Source: Thermoanaerobaculia bacterium
Lineage (GTDB): Bacteria; Acidobacteriota; Thermoanaerobaculia; Multivoradales; UBA5704
Assembly (NCBI GenBank): GCA_044226625.1
Contig: JBGAGQ010000040.1
Location: forward strand, 1-56,302
DNA: 56,302 nt
Direction: 5' to 3'
Of the stretch, positions 21,573-29,946 are shown piece after piece. How positions within the stretch are numbered: the first letter of the stretch is position 1; each line of letters begins with the position of its first letter. The translations under genes were made by a program, and so were the position numbers. Under the pieces are notes generated by a model. The model was given only the letters and a program-made list of their open reading frames with translations. It was not told where the DNA came from and did no database searches.

Positions 21573-22226
21573 TCATCGCCGCCGCGGCTCGGCGCCCGCT
21601 TCCGGCAGGCGCCAAGCGTCCGCGAGGTCCTTTTCGCTTGGGGAGTACTTCTCGAGCAGCGGAGCGGCGACCTCCCTCAAGAGGGTTGCGAGATCCCGGA
21701 CCTTCACGGCGGGCCGCTCGAGGCCCGCCACCCGCCGTGGCGCGAGCGCCTTGACGCCCGCCTGCTCGGCGCGCGCCCGCTCGGCGCGAATCGTCTCGGC
21801 GGTAACCCGCTCCGGAAGGTTGGGGGCTCCGAACCAGATCGGCACCGTCGCGAGGTCCAGATCTCCGGGGACGATGCCGATCACCTTGCCGGAGGCCTGG
21901 CCATGGTTGAGTCGCTCGACGGCCACATCGCCGGCATAGAGAACCGGCTCGAGCGCGTCGCGAGGGACGACCAATTCCGGATCGACGTCGAGCACCACCA
22001 ACGTCCCGCGGGTGATCTGCGCCTTGCCCGCGGTCCAATCGCTGCGGTAGGGGATTTCGAGAGTGAATCGTGTCGCGAAGAGGACGCCCCGCACGGAGAC
22101 CGGCGTTCGGGGAGCGGAGTGCTCCGCCGAAGAGCCGCCGGCCGGCGGCGACGACTGTGCGGCGGCAGGCCGAAGCGGCAGCGTACAGAGCAACGCCGCG
22201 GCGAGGGCTAGGGCGAGCTGTTTCAT
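21573..22226 (-). CDS. Hypothetical secreted protein, co-transcribed with the large VWA protein
   Basis: AAGGAG RBS, signal peptide MKQLALALAAALLCTLPLRPAAA. Stop lies 27 nt before the next start. Confidence 0.7.
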   Translation of the reverse strand: MKQLALALAAALLCTLPLRPAAAQSSPPAGGSSAEHSAPRTPVSVRGVLFATRFTLEIPYRSDWTAGKAQITRGTLVVLDVDPELVVPRDALEPVLYAGDVAVERLNHGQASGKVIGIVPGDLDLATVPIWFGAPNLPERVTAETIRAERARAEQAGVKALAPRRVAGLERPAVKVRDLATLLREVAAPLLEKYSPSEKDLADAWRLPEAGAEPRRR

Positions 22227-22393
22227 GGCTTCTCCTTGTTCCGGCCCTCTCATCGTCCGTCGCGAACGGGCAGCGACGGCGAGCTCAACGGGCGTCGCGA
22301 ACGCGATTCGCCGGACGAGATGCGGAGGCCTTCGATATCGTCTGGCGAATCGGAACGTCCTTCGTTACTTCGAAAGACGCGCAAGGAGGCGAC

Positions 22394-23395
22394 ATGGCAC
22401 CCAACCGGACCGACGGAGATCTAGCGAACCGCGAGGACGTTCTCGCTTGGCTGCTCGATTCCGACCCCGCGATCCGCTGGCAGGTGCTCCGCGATCTGCA
22501 AGGAGCCTCCGCCGAGGAGGTCGCGGCGGAGCGGGCGCGCGTCGCCACGGAGGGCCTCGGCGCTCGTCTGCTCGCGCTTCAAGCCGACGACGGCCGCTGG
22601 GGCGGCGCCGCCTGGAACCGCGGCTGGGATTCGACGATGCATGCCCTTTGGCTGCTGCGCGATTTCGGCCTCGATCCCGACAGCGAGGCGGCAAAGCAGG
22701 CCGTCCGGCTCGTCGAGGAGCGCGTGACCTGGAAGGGTTGCGCTCCCGAGGAGTGCGACGAAAACCCTTTCTTCGTCGGCGAGATCGAGCCCTGCATCAA
22801 CGGCCAGGTGGCGGCGATCGGTGCCCGGTTCGGAGCCGATGTGCGAGGCCTTGTCGACCGGCTGCTCGGCGAACAGCTCGCCGACGGCGGCTGGAACTGC
22901 GAAGCCGAGCGCGGCTCGGTCCGTTCGTCGTTCCACACCACGATCTGCGTGCTCGAGGCGCTGCTCGAATTCGAGCTTCGGCACGGCGCCGAGCCGAACA
23001 TCACCACGGCGCGCGAACGCGGCCAGGAGTACCTGCTCTCGCGTCGGCTTTTCCGCCGGCTCTCGACCGGCGAAGTGATCGATCGGGATCGAAAGTCGAA
23101 GGCGCAGGGCGACGGCACGCCGGCATTCACCCGGTTCGCTTTCCCGACCTGGTGGCATTACGACGTGCTTCGCGGCCTCGATTTCCTGCGGGCCGCGGGC
23201 GTACCGCCCGACGAACGGGTGACCGACGCAATCGAGCTCGTTCGTTCGAAGCGCGACGCGACGGGACGCTGGCCGCTCGAGGTCCGCTACCCCGGCCCGA
23301 TGCTCGTCGACCTCGGCGAGGAAGAAGGAGCGCCCAGCCGATGGATCACCCTGCGGGCGATGCGGGTCTTGGAATGGTTTTCGGCGGCAGGGTAA
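22394..23395 (+). CDS. Prenyltransferase/squalene-cyclase-like alpha/alpha-barrel protein of unknown function
   Basis: AAGGAGG RBS. WLLDSDPAIRWQV.RDL, QW-like motifs Q.DDGRWG and QLADGGWNC, FPTWWHYDVLRGLD, PSRWITLRA.RVL.W. Confidence 0.75.
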   Translation: MAPNRTDGDLANREDVLAWLLDSDPAIRWQVLRDLQGASAEEVAAERARVATEGLGARLLALQADDGRWGGAAWNRGWDSTMHALWLLRDFGLDPDSEAAKQAVRLVEERVTWKGCAPEECDENPFFVGEIEPCINGQVAAIGARFGADVRGLVDRLLGEQLADGGWNCEAERGSVRSSFHTTICVLEALLEFELRHGAEPNITTARERGQEYLLSRRLFRRLSTGEVIDRDRKSKAQGDGTPAFTRFAFPTWWHYDVLRGLDFLRAAGVPPDERVTDAIELVRSKRDATGRWPLEVRYPGPMLVDLGEEEGAPSRWITLRAMRVLEWFSAAG

Positions 23396-23483
23396 CGGGC
23401 CTTCCAAAGCCTCGCTTCCGTCCCCCTTCCGGACGCCCCGGCACATCAGAAGAGTAGGGAGCCCCGAATAGGAGGCCGGAACG

Positions 23484-24698
23484 GTGGGCTCCGGAAAGGA
23501 TGCTCTGATGATTTGCCGGCTCGTCCGTTCGATGCTCGCGGTAGGGGTAGGACTATGTCTCACGATCGGTGCCCTCCAGGCGCAGACGATCACCTCGACC
23601 TCGACGCGCTCCCTCGGTCCCTTGGTGCAAACCGATTCGGTCGTCACCGTCGGCCCGTCAGCGATCGATCAATTCGGGATGCATCGCCTTCGCCGCGCCC
23701 ACGGCGCGGTGCGCGGCGCGCTGCTCCTGATGCCTCCGCTCGGCAACGGTTTCTCGTTCTTCCTGCTCGACGAAAGCGGCGATCCGCTCCGTTCCTTCGC
23801 CGCGTATTTCGCCCTTCGCGGTTGGGAGGTCTGGGGCTATTCGCCGCGCGGGACGGGATTGGTCGCGGGTTCCTGCGAATCCGGCGCGGTCGACTGCTCG
23901 TCGATGGCGCATTGGGGGCTCCAGACGACGACGAGCGACGCCGCCTTCATCCGGTCGCGGATCGCGGCGGCTCTTCCCCCTCATCGGCCGGTTCTCGTCG
24001 GCGGTTACTCGCTCGGCGGCATGACGACGATCGCAACGATCGACGCCCATCCGCATGACTACGACGGGGCCTTCATCCTGGAAGGGGCGCTCTACGCCGA
24101 AAGCCCCGCGGTGCTCGCGCTCAATCAGGGCTTCTGCGCCGGTCTCGAAGCGCAGCTCGCGGCGGGACAGATCTACGACGGCCAGAGCCTGCCGTTCATC
24201 CGCGCCGCCGTCGGCCTCGCGGCGTCGGATCCGGCGGGCGCGTCGCCCTTCTTCCCCGGGCTCACGAACCATCAAGGGATGGTCTTCCTGCTCGCCGTGC
24301 CGCAGGCCGGCCCGCTCTGGCCCACGGCGAACTTCATCCGCTGCGCGGGCGACGTCGGATCGGACCGGTTCTTCTACAGCGACGACGACCGCGTGATCGT
24401 CTTCTCCTCGCTGTTCAACGATTATTCGGACACGCGGACGATCCGCGACATCTCCTGCTCGCTCGGCGGGGAGCGGACCTTCACCTCCCACCTCGGCTCG
24501 TTCACCCGCCCGGTCTACCTGATGGGCGGCGGCGTCGCGTTCGCGGAGCAGAACCACGACCTCACCCACATCCTGGGCTCGCACGACGTGACCTTCAACG
24601 AGATCGAACCGTTCGGCCACGCGGACCACTGGTTCACCCCGCGCCATCGCCAGGTGCTGGAGAACGATCTGGATCGGTGGTTGAATCGTCGCTGGTGA
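23484..24698 (+). CDS. Secreted alpha/beta hydrolase
   Basis: Signal peptide, GWEVWGYSPRG, GGYSLGG nucleophile elbow, FGHAD catalytic His. Start 23484 or 23508. Confidence 0.75.
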   Translation: MGSGKDALMICRLVRSMLAVGVGLCLTIGALQAQTITSTSTRSLGPLVQTDSVVTVGPSAIDQFGMHRLRRAHGAVRGALLLMPPLGNGFSFFLLDESGDPLRSFAAYFALRGWEVWGYSPRGTGLVAGSCESGAVDCSSMAHWGLQTTTSDAAFIRSRIAAALPPHRPVLVGGYSLGGMTTIATIDAHPHDYDGAFILEGALYAESPAVLALNQGFCAGLEAQLAAGQIYDGQSLPFIRAAVGLAASDPAGASPFFPGLTNHQGMVFLLAVPQAGPLWPTANFIRCAGDVGSDRFFYSDDDRVIVFSSLFNDYSDTRTIRDISCSLGGERTFTSHLGSFTRPVYLMGGGVAFAEQNHDLTHILGSHDVTFNEIEPFGHADHWFTPRHRQVLENDLDRWLNRRW

Positions 24699-24720
24699 GA
24701 ATCCGTAGCGAGAGAGGCCC

Positions 24721-25935
24721 GTGCGGGCGCTGATCACCGCAGTCGGAACCCGGGGCGACGTGCAACCCGCGCTCGCCCTGGCGATCGAGCTGCGCGAGCG
24801 CGGGCACGTCGTGCGGCTCTGCGTCTCGCCGAGCTTCGTCGCCCAAGCGACGGGGCTCGGCTTCGAGGCGGTTCCCATGGGCGTCGAGATGCGCATGCCC
24901 GCCGGAAGCTCGAGCCCGCCGAAGCTGACGCCCGAGGAGCTGCGGCGGCTGCGCGAATCGATGCCGGATCTGATCACCGATCAATTCGAAACCGTCGGCG
25001 CCGCGGCCCGCGGATGCCACGTCATCCTGGGCGCCAACGCGCATCAATACGCCTCTCCCTCGATCGCCGAGCACCTGGGGATCAGCTGCGTGACGGCGGT
25101 CTACGCTCCGGTGGCGATTCCTTCGACCGACCTTTCTCCGCCTCCTCCACCCGGCGCGACCGAGACGACGGCCGAATCCGTCGCGGACGCCTGGCGGCAA
25201 ACCTCCCAGACGTGGAACGAGCGGTCGCTCGAGCGGATCAACCGGAACCGTGCTCGACTCGCCTTGCCTCCGATCGACGACGTGCTCGAGTACGTCCTCA
25301 CCCCACGGACGTGGCTCGCCGCCGAGCCCGCCCTCGCGCCGCCACCGAACACCCCCGGACGAGAGGTCTACCCGACGGGAGCCTGGGTGTTGTCCGACGA
25401 CCGTCCCCTCCCCTCCGATCTCGAAGACTTCCTCGAACGAGGGGCCCCGCCAATCTTCGTCGGCTTCGGCAGCATGCCCGCCGCGAGAGACCTGGGCCGC
25501 ACCTTCCTCGGCGCCGCTCGTGCGCTGGGACGCAGGCTTCTCGTCTCGAAGGGTTGGTCCGATCTGGACCTGCCGGAGAACGCGCCGGACTGCGCGGCGG
25601 TCGGAGACGTGAGCCACGACCGTCTCTTTCCAAGGGTCGCGGCCCTCGTCCATCACGGAGGCACCGGAACCACCACCACGGCGGCCCGGGCCGGAATCCC
25701 TCAGGTCATCACACCGATGTTCAACGATCAGTTCTACTGGTCGGGCCGCGTCGCGGAGTTGGGAATCGGAACCGTCACGCCCCACGCTAGCTTGACCGCA
25801 ACCTCCCTCTCAGCGGCCCTCGAAACAGCCCTTACCTCCACCACCGCCGAGCGAGCGAGAGCCTTCTCCGGTCAAATCGGACGGGACGGCGCCAAAGTCG
25901 CGGCCGAGCGGCTCGAGCGGGAGCTCGGAGGGTGA
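24721..25935 (+). CDS. GT1-type (GT-B fold) glycosyltransferase
   Basis: GTRGDVQP.LALA.EL..RGH.V, FVGFGSM, LFPRVAALVHHGGTGTT..A.RAGIPQVI.P...DQ.YW. Confidence 0.9.
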   Translation: MRALITAVGTRGDVQPALALAIELRERGHVVRLCVSPSFVAQATGLGFEAVPMGVEMRMPAGSSSPPKLTPEELRRLRESMPDLITDQFETVGAAARGCHVILGANAHQYASPSIAEHLGISCVTAVYAPVAIPSTDLSPPPPPGATETTAESVADAWRQTSQTWNERSLERINRNRARLALPPIDDVLEYVLTPRTWLAAEPALAPPPNTPGREVYPTGAWVLSDDRPLPSDLEDFLERGAPPIFVGFGSMPAARDLGRTFLGAARALGRRLLVSKGWSDLDLPENAPDCAAVGDVSHDRLFPRVAALVHHGGTGTTTTAARAGIPQVITPMFNDQFYWSGRVAELGIGTVTPHASLTATSLSAALETALTSTTAERARAFSGQIGRDGAKVAAERLERELGG

Positions 25936-25960
25936 GAACCCTGCGATCGGGGAACGGCCC

Positions 25961-26539
25961 TTGACGCTCCCTGTTGGGAGGGCGCACTTCGTGCGGGACC
26001 TCTATCGGTGGCTCCCCGACCGATTTCGCTGGCCGGTCTTCTTCGCTTTGATGGCGGCGACCTTGGTCTATTCGATAGAGCTCGGTCGACAGGGAGCGGA
26101 CCTAAAGAACTCGGTTGCGCCGCATGGAATCGTCTCCTACGAGCTGGCCGCCTCGCCCGCGCGTTCCGACGAGATTCGAACCTCCTGGATTCTCGGCTCG
26201 AAGCTCGAAACGGCGGAAACGCAGCTCTCTTGGGACTTCGGGTTCCTGCTGCTGTACCCGCTTCCGTTCTCCCTCCTCTGCGCCCAGGTTGCGCGCCGCT
26301 CGGACTGGCGCGCCGCTCGAATCGGGAACCGCCTCTCCCGCCTGGCCTTGATCGCGGCGCCCCTCGATGCCCTCGAGAACATAGTTCTGCTTCACTTTCT
26401 CGACCATGGAGCGACCGGCAGCGTCGCTGTCTCGAGCCTGGCAGCCCTATTCAAGTTCGGCGTGCTCCTGATCGCGCTGGGGTACAGCGGAATACAAGGT
26501 GGGATTCTGCTGTGGCGGAACTCCCGGCACCGCGACTGA
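25961..26539 (+). CDS. Hypothetical 4-TM membrane protein
   Basis: Hydrophobic helices, DFGFLLLY and LDALEN segments. Start uncertain. Confidence 0.6.
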   Translation: MTLPVGRAHFVRDLYRWLPDRFRWPVFFALMAATLVYSIELGRQGADLKNSVAPHGIVSYELAASPARSDEIRTSWILGSKLETAETQLSWDFGFLLLYPLPFSLLCAQVARRSDWRAARIGNRLSRLALIAAPLDALENIVLLHFLDHGATGSVAVSSLAALFKFGVLLIALGYSGIQGGILLWRNSRHRD

Positions 26540-26640
26540 GGGCGTTCAAGCAGCTCGGAAGGCGTCCCCGGCGGAGGGGTCACCGAAAACTCCGAATCGT
26601 CATCGACGTTCGGTGGTCGGCCAGCTCAGGGCACACGAGC

Positions 26641-26714
26641 AAGGCTAAGATTGTTTAGATAAGTCGGTGTAAATAAAAGTTCATATTGAGAATCACCACA
26701 AATTAAATTATCGT
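26641..26714 (+). promoter_or_regulatory. Predicted sigma70-type promoter with an AT-rich upstream tract
   Basis: TTGAGA (26686-26691), 17-nt spacer, TATCGT (26709-26714), in the most conspicuously AT-rich stretch of the window. Confidence 0.55.
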
Positions 26715-26809
26715 CAGATCGGCATGGGCGAGTAGTTGTGCGAGCTCGACTCTATGAATTTACTTCCCGCGATCCGGCTCTCTGAGCTGCTCTCGTTGCG
26801 ATGTGGACG

Positions 26810-29206
26810 ATGAGCATCGTTCGCCCAGCGCTTCGAGCACTCGCCCGAAGCCCCCTGTTGACCGCCACCATCTCGATTTCGCTCGCGCTCGGTATCGGCG
26901 CGGTAATGGCCGTATTCCTTATCGCCGACACCGTCCTCTGGAGACAGCTCCCCTTCCCTGCGCCCGATCGGATCGTCGAGATTTCGCTCGCAAGTACCAG
27001 GAAGGAGGCGAACACCTCGGGCCGCATCTCGATCCTCGACCTCCTGGATTTCGATCGTGCCGACGGTATCTTCTCCACAGTCGCGGCGCTCAGCGAAGAG
27101 TCTTACGTACTGCCTTTGCGGGGGACCTCCGAACGGACCGCCGGAGCCCGGGTAACCTCGGGTTTTTTCCAAGTCTTCGGCTCCCAACCCGAGCGCGGAG
27201 CGGTTCGTGAGGAAACCTGGAGCACTCCCGGCGCGCGGCTCGCGGTGGTCAGCCATGCGTTCTGGAGCGAGCGCCTCGGACATTCGCCCACAGTCGTCGG
27301 GTCCGCCCTTCGGCTGGACGACAAGACGTACACGGTGGTCGGCGTAATGCCGCCTTCGTTTGAGGTTGCCTCGAGCGCCCAGGTCTGGTTGCCCCTCGAT
27401 GTCACCGATCCGGATGTGGGCGCTGATCAGCGCGGGGCACGCTACCTCAGAGCCTACGGACGCCTTAGAGAAGGGCTCTCCCTCAAGGCCGCGAGTCGCG
27501 AGCTGAGAACTCTCTCGGCAATCCTCGCCAACCGCTATCCAGAGAATCGCGACCTCCTGACCGCAATAACCCCCATCAGAGAGACGCTGTTCGGCGAGCT
27601 ACGTCCGCTCCTACGCCTGCTCGCCGTGGCGGCTGGCTTCATCTTCCTCATCGTGTGCCTGAACGTCTCGGGCGTACTGGTTGCACATACCGCAAGCCGC
27701 CGAGGCGACTACTGGGTCCGTCGCGCATTGGGAGCTTCCCCCGGTCTCATCATCCGAGCAGTCGTCGTCCAGAACCTCCTCCTCGCCCTCCTTGGCGGCG
27801 CGCTCGGCGTGCTCGCGGGCTTCTTAGGAAGCCGCCTGCTTATCGCCCTTCGGCCCGGGGCATACGGGACCGCGCTGCAGCTCACCTTCCCAGCATCCTC
27901 GTTTGCTGCCGCGATCGGTCTTGCGCTCCTAGCCGGCCTCGCCGTAAGCCTCCCCGTCACGCTCGAGGTCCGCGACGAGGCGAGCCCCGGACGAAGCCTC
28001 CTCGGCTCGCGTCGGGCCACCGTCCGGCTCCAAGCTCTCCTCGTCGGATTTCAGATCGCCTCGACGCTCGCGATTCTCTACGGCGCGGGCCTTGCGCTGC
28101 GCTCGGTCGCAAGAATCCTCGCCGTGAGCCCGGGGTTCGAGGCACGCGGCGTGCTCTCGGCGCGAATCGAGCTGCCGCCCTATCGCTACAGAGAGCCCTA
28201 CCGGCGTGAGCAGTTCTTCGCACACCTCTTCGAAAGGCTCGAGCGGAGTCCTGGGGTACGTTCCGCCGCCGGGACCACGAACCTTCCTCTCAGCGGATCG
28301 GACATGATCTTTGGGTTTGCGCCTCTCGGCGAGGATTCCGCCTCCCCGCCGAGGCCATCCGACCCGCCACGAGCGCACTATCGGGCGATCAGCTCGCGCT
28401 ATTTCGAGACGCTCCGTATCCCCCTCGTCGCCGGGCGCTCGTTCTCGCCAATCGATCGCGAGGACAGTCCGGCCGTCGCGATTGTCAATCAAGCCTTCGT
28501 TCGCCGGTACTTCGCCGACCGAGGAGCGATCGGCCGCGAAATCCGCCTCTTTTACGGCGGAGGAGGGCCGCTCGAAGTCGTCGGCGTGGTCGGCGATCTT
28601 CGCCACGGAGGGCTCACCCGGAATCCCGAGCCCGAGATCTACGTTCCCTTCGCTCAACAGCCGTGGAGCTTTCTCTCGCTCGCAGTTCGTACCGAGGGAG
28701 AGCCCGCGGCGGCGATCCCCCGGCTGCGCGCCGTCGTTGCGAGCCTTGATCCCGAGGTTCCCCTCGATGGGATCGCTCCTCTTTCCGACCTCGTCGATGC
28801 GTCGACGGCGCAACCGCGACGGCTAGGGATGATGCTCGGCATCCTGGCGCTCCTCGCCGCAATCACCGCGGCGGTCGGGATCTACGGCATCGCGAGCTAT
28901 TGGGCAAACACCCGCCGACGCGAGATCGGCCTGCATATGGCCCTGGGCGCGACGCCAGCCGACATCCACGGACTCTCGCTACGCCGGCCGCTCGCGGTCA
29001 CGCTCGCTGGCCTCGGCCTCGGGACCGCCGGAGCGTTGCTGTTCGGGCGCGTTCTCGGCAGCCTCCTGTTCGAAATTTCCCCTCGCGATCCTCAGACGCT
29101 TCTCGCCACTGCGGCCGCGCTCCTTGCGGTCGCGGCCCTCGCGGCCTGGCTTCCCGCCCGGCGCGCCGCTCGAATCGATCCGGCAAGGGTGCTCAATGAG
29201 GACTAG
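26810..29206 (+). CDS. Duplicated MacB/FtsX-type ABC transporter permease (ADOP-like)
   Basis: ALRALARSP...SLALGIGA, YTVVGVMP..F, LIVCLNV, R.ALGAS, PGF, VVGVVGD.R..GL, GIYG...Y...RRREIG..MALGA, PARRAARIDP. Two MacB_PCD+FtsX halves. Confidence 0.9.
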   Translation: MSIVRPALRALARSPLLTATISISLALGIGAVMAVFLIADTVLWRQLPFPAPDRIVEISLASTRKEANTSGRISILDLLDFDRADGIFSTVAALSEESYVLPLRGTSERTAGARVTSGFFQVFGSQPERGAVREETWSTPGARLAVVSHAFWSERLGHSPTVVGSALRLDDKTYTVVGVMPPSFEVASSAQVWLPLDVTDPDVGADQRGARYLRAYGRLREGLSLKAASRELRTLSAILANRYPENRDLLTAITPIRETLFGELRPLLRLLAVAAGFIFLIVCLNVSGVLVAHTASRRGDYWVRRALGASPGLIIRAVVVQNLLLALLGGALGVLAGFLGSRLLIALRPGAYGTALQLTFPASSFAAAIGLALLAGLAVSLPVTLEVRDEASPGRSLLGSRRATVRLQALLVGFQIASTLAILYGAGLALRSVARILAVSPGFEARGVLSARIELPPYRYREPYRREQFFAHLFERLERSPGVRSAAGTTNLPLSGSDMIFGFAPLGEDSASPPRPSDPPRAHYRAISSRYFETLRIPLVAGRSFSPIDREDSPAVAIVNQAFVRRYFADRGAIGREIRLFYGGGGPLEVVGVVGDLRHGGLTRNPEPEIYVPFAQQPWSFLSLAVRTEGEPAAAIPRLRAVVASLDPEVPLDGIAPLSDLVDASTAQPRRLGMMLGILALLAAITAAVGIYGIASYWANTRRREIGLHMALGATPADIHGLSLRRPLAVTLAGLGLGTAGALLFGRVLGSLLFEISPRDPQTLLATAAALLAVAALAAWLPARRAARIDPARVLNED

Positions 29207-29262
29207 CCAGGAGGGGGACCTCTTTCAAGTCGTCCCGACGGCTCACGACACAAGGAGGAACG

Positions 29263-29373
29263 ATGACGCTCAAAAATCTCCAGCCGACCATCTGCACTCC
29301 AGCGCTCGGCGGCACCGCAGATGCCCTCTCTCGACCCTGGCCGTGCGGCTCTGCCAACGGCACCGGAGAGTAG
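29263..29373 (+). CDS. RiPP precursor peptide A1 (36 aa): MTLKNLQPTICTPALGGTADALSRPWPCGSANGTGE
   Basis: Translated by hand. AAGGAGG RBS 5' of ATG 29263. Shares leader and CGSANGxG motif with A2 and A3. Absent from the ORF track. Confidence 0.8.
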   Translation: MTLKNLQPTICTPALGGTADALSRPWPCGSANGTGE

Positions 29374-29386
29374 TCACAGTCACCCC

Positions 29387-29407
29387 GTCGAGCGATCCTC
29401 GCTCGAC
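29387..29407 (+). other. Stem-loop downstream of precursor A1
   Basis: GTCGAGCGA-TCC-TCGCTCGAC, perfect 9-bp stem. Confidence 0.6.
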
Positions 29408-29433
29408 ATAACCGTCCTGAGGAGGACACAACC

Positions 29434-29586
29434 ATGGATCTGAAGGCCCTCAACCCAACCGTCCTGTCCCCCCACCTGACTAGCGGTCGCGTTGACGTTG
29501 GAGTCATCTGCTCCTGCGGCTCTGCGAACGGCGCCGGCTCGGGCGGCTCGTGCCTCTGCGGCTCGGCGAGCGGCGGCGGCCAGTAG
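29434..29586 (+). CDS. RiPP precursor peptide A2 (50 aa): MDLKALNPTVLSPHLTSGRVDVGVICSCGSANGAGSGGSCLCGSASGGGQ
   Basis: Translated by hand. GAGGAGG RBS. Cys/Gly/Ser-rich core with two CxCGSAxGxG cassettes. Absent from the ORF track. Confidence 0.9.
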   Translation: MDLKALNPTVLSPHLTSGRVDVGVICSCGSANGAGSGGSCLCGSASGGGQ

Positions 29587-29606
29587 GGAATTTCGGCCAT
29601 CTTGGA

Positions 29607-29636
29607 CGCTCGGCTCGCGATTCCGCGGGCCGAGCG
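29607..29636 (+). other. Stem-loop downstream of precursor A2
   Basis: CGCTCGGCTCGCG-ATTC-CGCGGGCCGAGCG, 13-bp stem with one G-U pair. Confidence 0.6.
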
Positions 29637-29716
29637 CTCTCGCAGCAGGCCACGAAGCCATCCCTCGGCGCAACCCCCGAGCCGACATCGGCTCATGACT
29701 AAGCGGAGGAAGGAAA

Positions 29717-29869
29717 ATGGACCTTAAATTTCTTCAACCCGTCGTTCTGAGTCCAAGCCTCGATCTCAAGGCGATTGCGTGCGCAGAAGGTTGTAGCTGC
29801 GGCTCAGCAAACGGCAGCGGATCGGGAGGAAGCTGCTGCTGCGGTACGGCGAGCGGCGGCGGCCAGTAG
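29717..29869 (+). CDS. RiPP precursor peptide A3 (50 aa): MDLKFLQPVVLSPSLDLKAIACAEGCSCGSANGSGSGGSCCCGTASGGGQ
   Basis: Translated by hand. GGAGGAAGGA RBS. Paralogue of A2 with many synonymous differences in the conserved core. Absent from the ORF track. Confidence 0.9.
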   Translation: MDLKFLQPVVLSPSLDLKAIACAEGCSCGSANGSGSGGSCCCGTASGGGQ

Positions 29870-29888
29870 CAAGCATTGAACGACCCGT

Positions 29889-29920
29889 GCGCTCGGCCCG
29901 CGCTGCCGCGGAACGAGCGC
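29889..29920 (+). other. Stem-loop downstream of precursor A3
   Basis: GCGCTCGGCCCGCG-CTGC-CGCGGAACGAGCGC, related in sequence to the hairpin after A2. Confidence 0.55.
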
Positions 29921-29946
29921 GCTCTCCGCAGACCGAGGAGGCTCCA

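Noticed and set aside
22394-23395. True squalene-hopene cyclase
   Set aside because: About half the expected length and no DxDD catalytic motif seen; only the QW-like repeat fold is supported.
25900-26700. attL-like duplicate of the tRNA-Glu 3' end marking the island boundary
   Set aside because: No match found by eye and no integrase present, so the boundary remains undefined.
26754-26813. 19-aa ORF MNLLPAIRLSELLSLRCGR overlapping the permease start (ATGA)
   Set aside because: It could be a leader peptide, but it has no RBS and no similarity to the precursors; evidence is insufficient.
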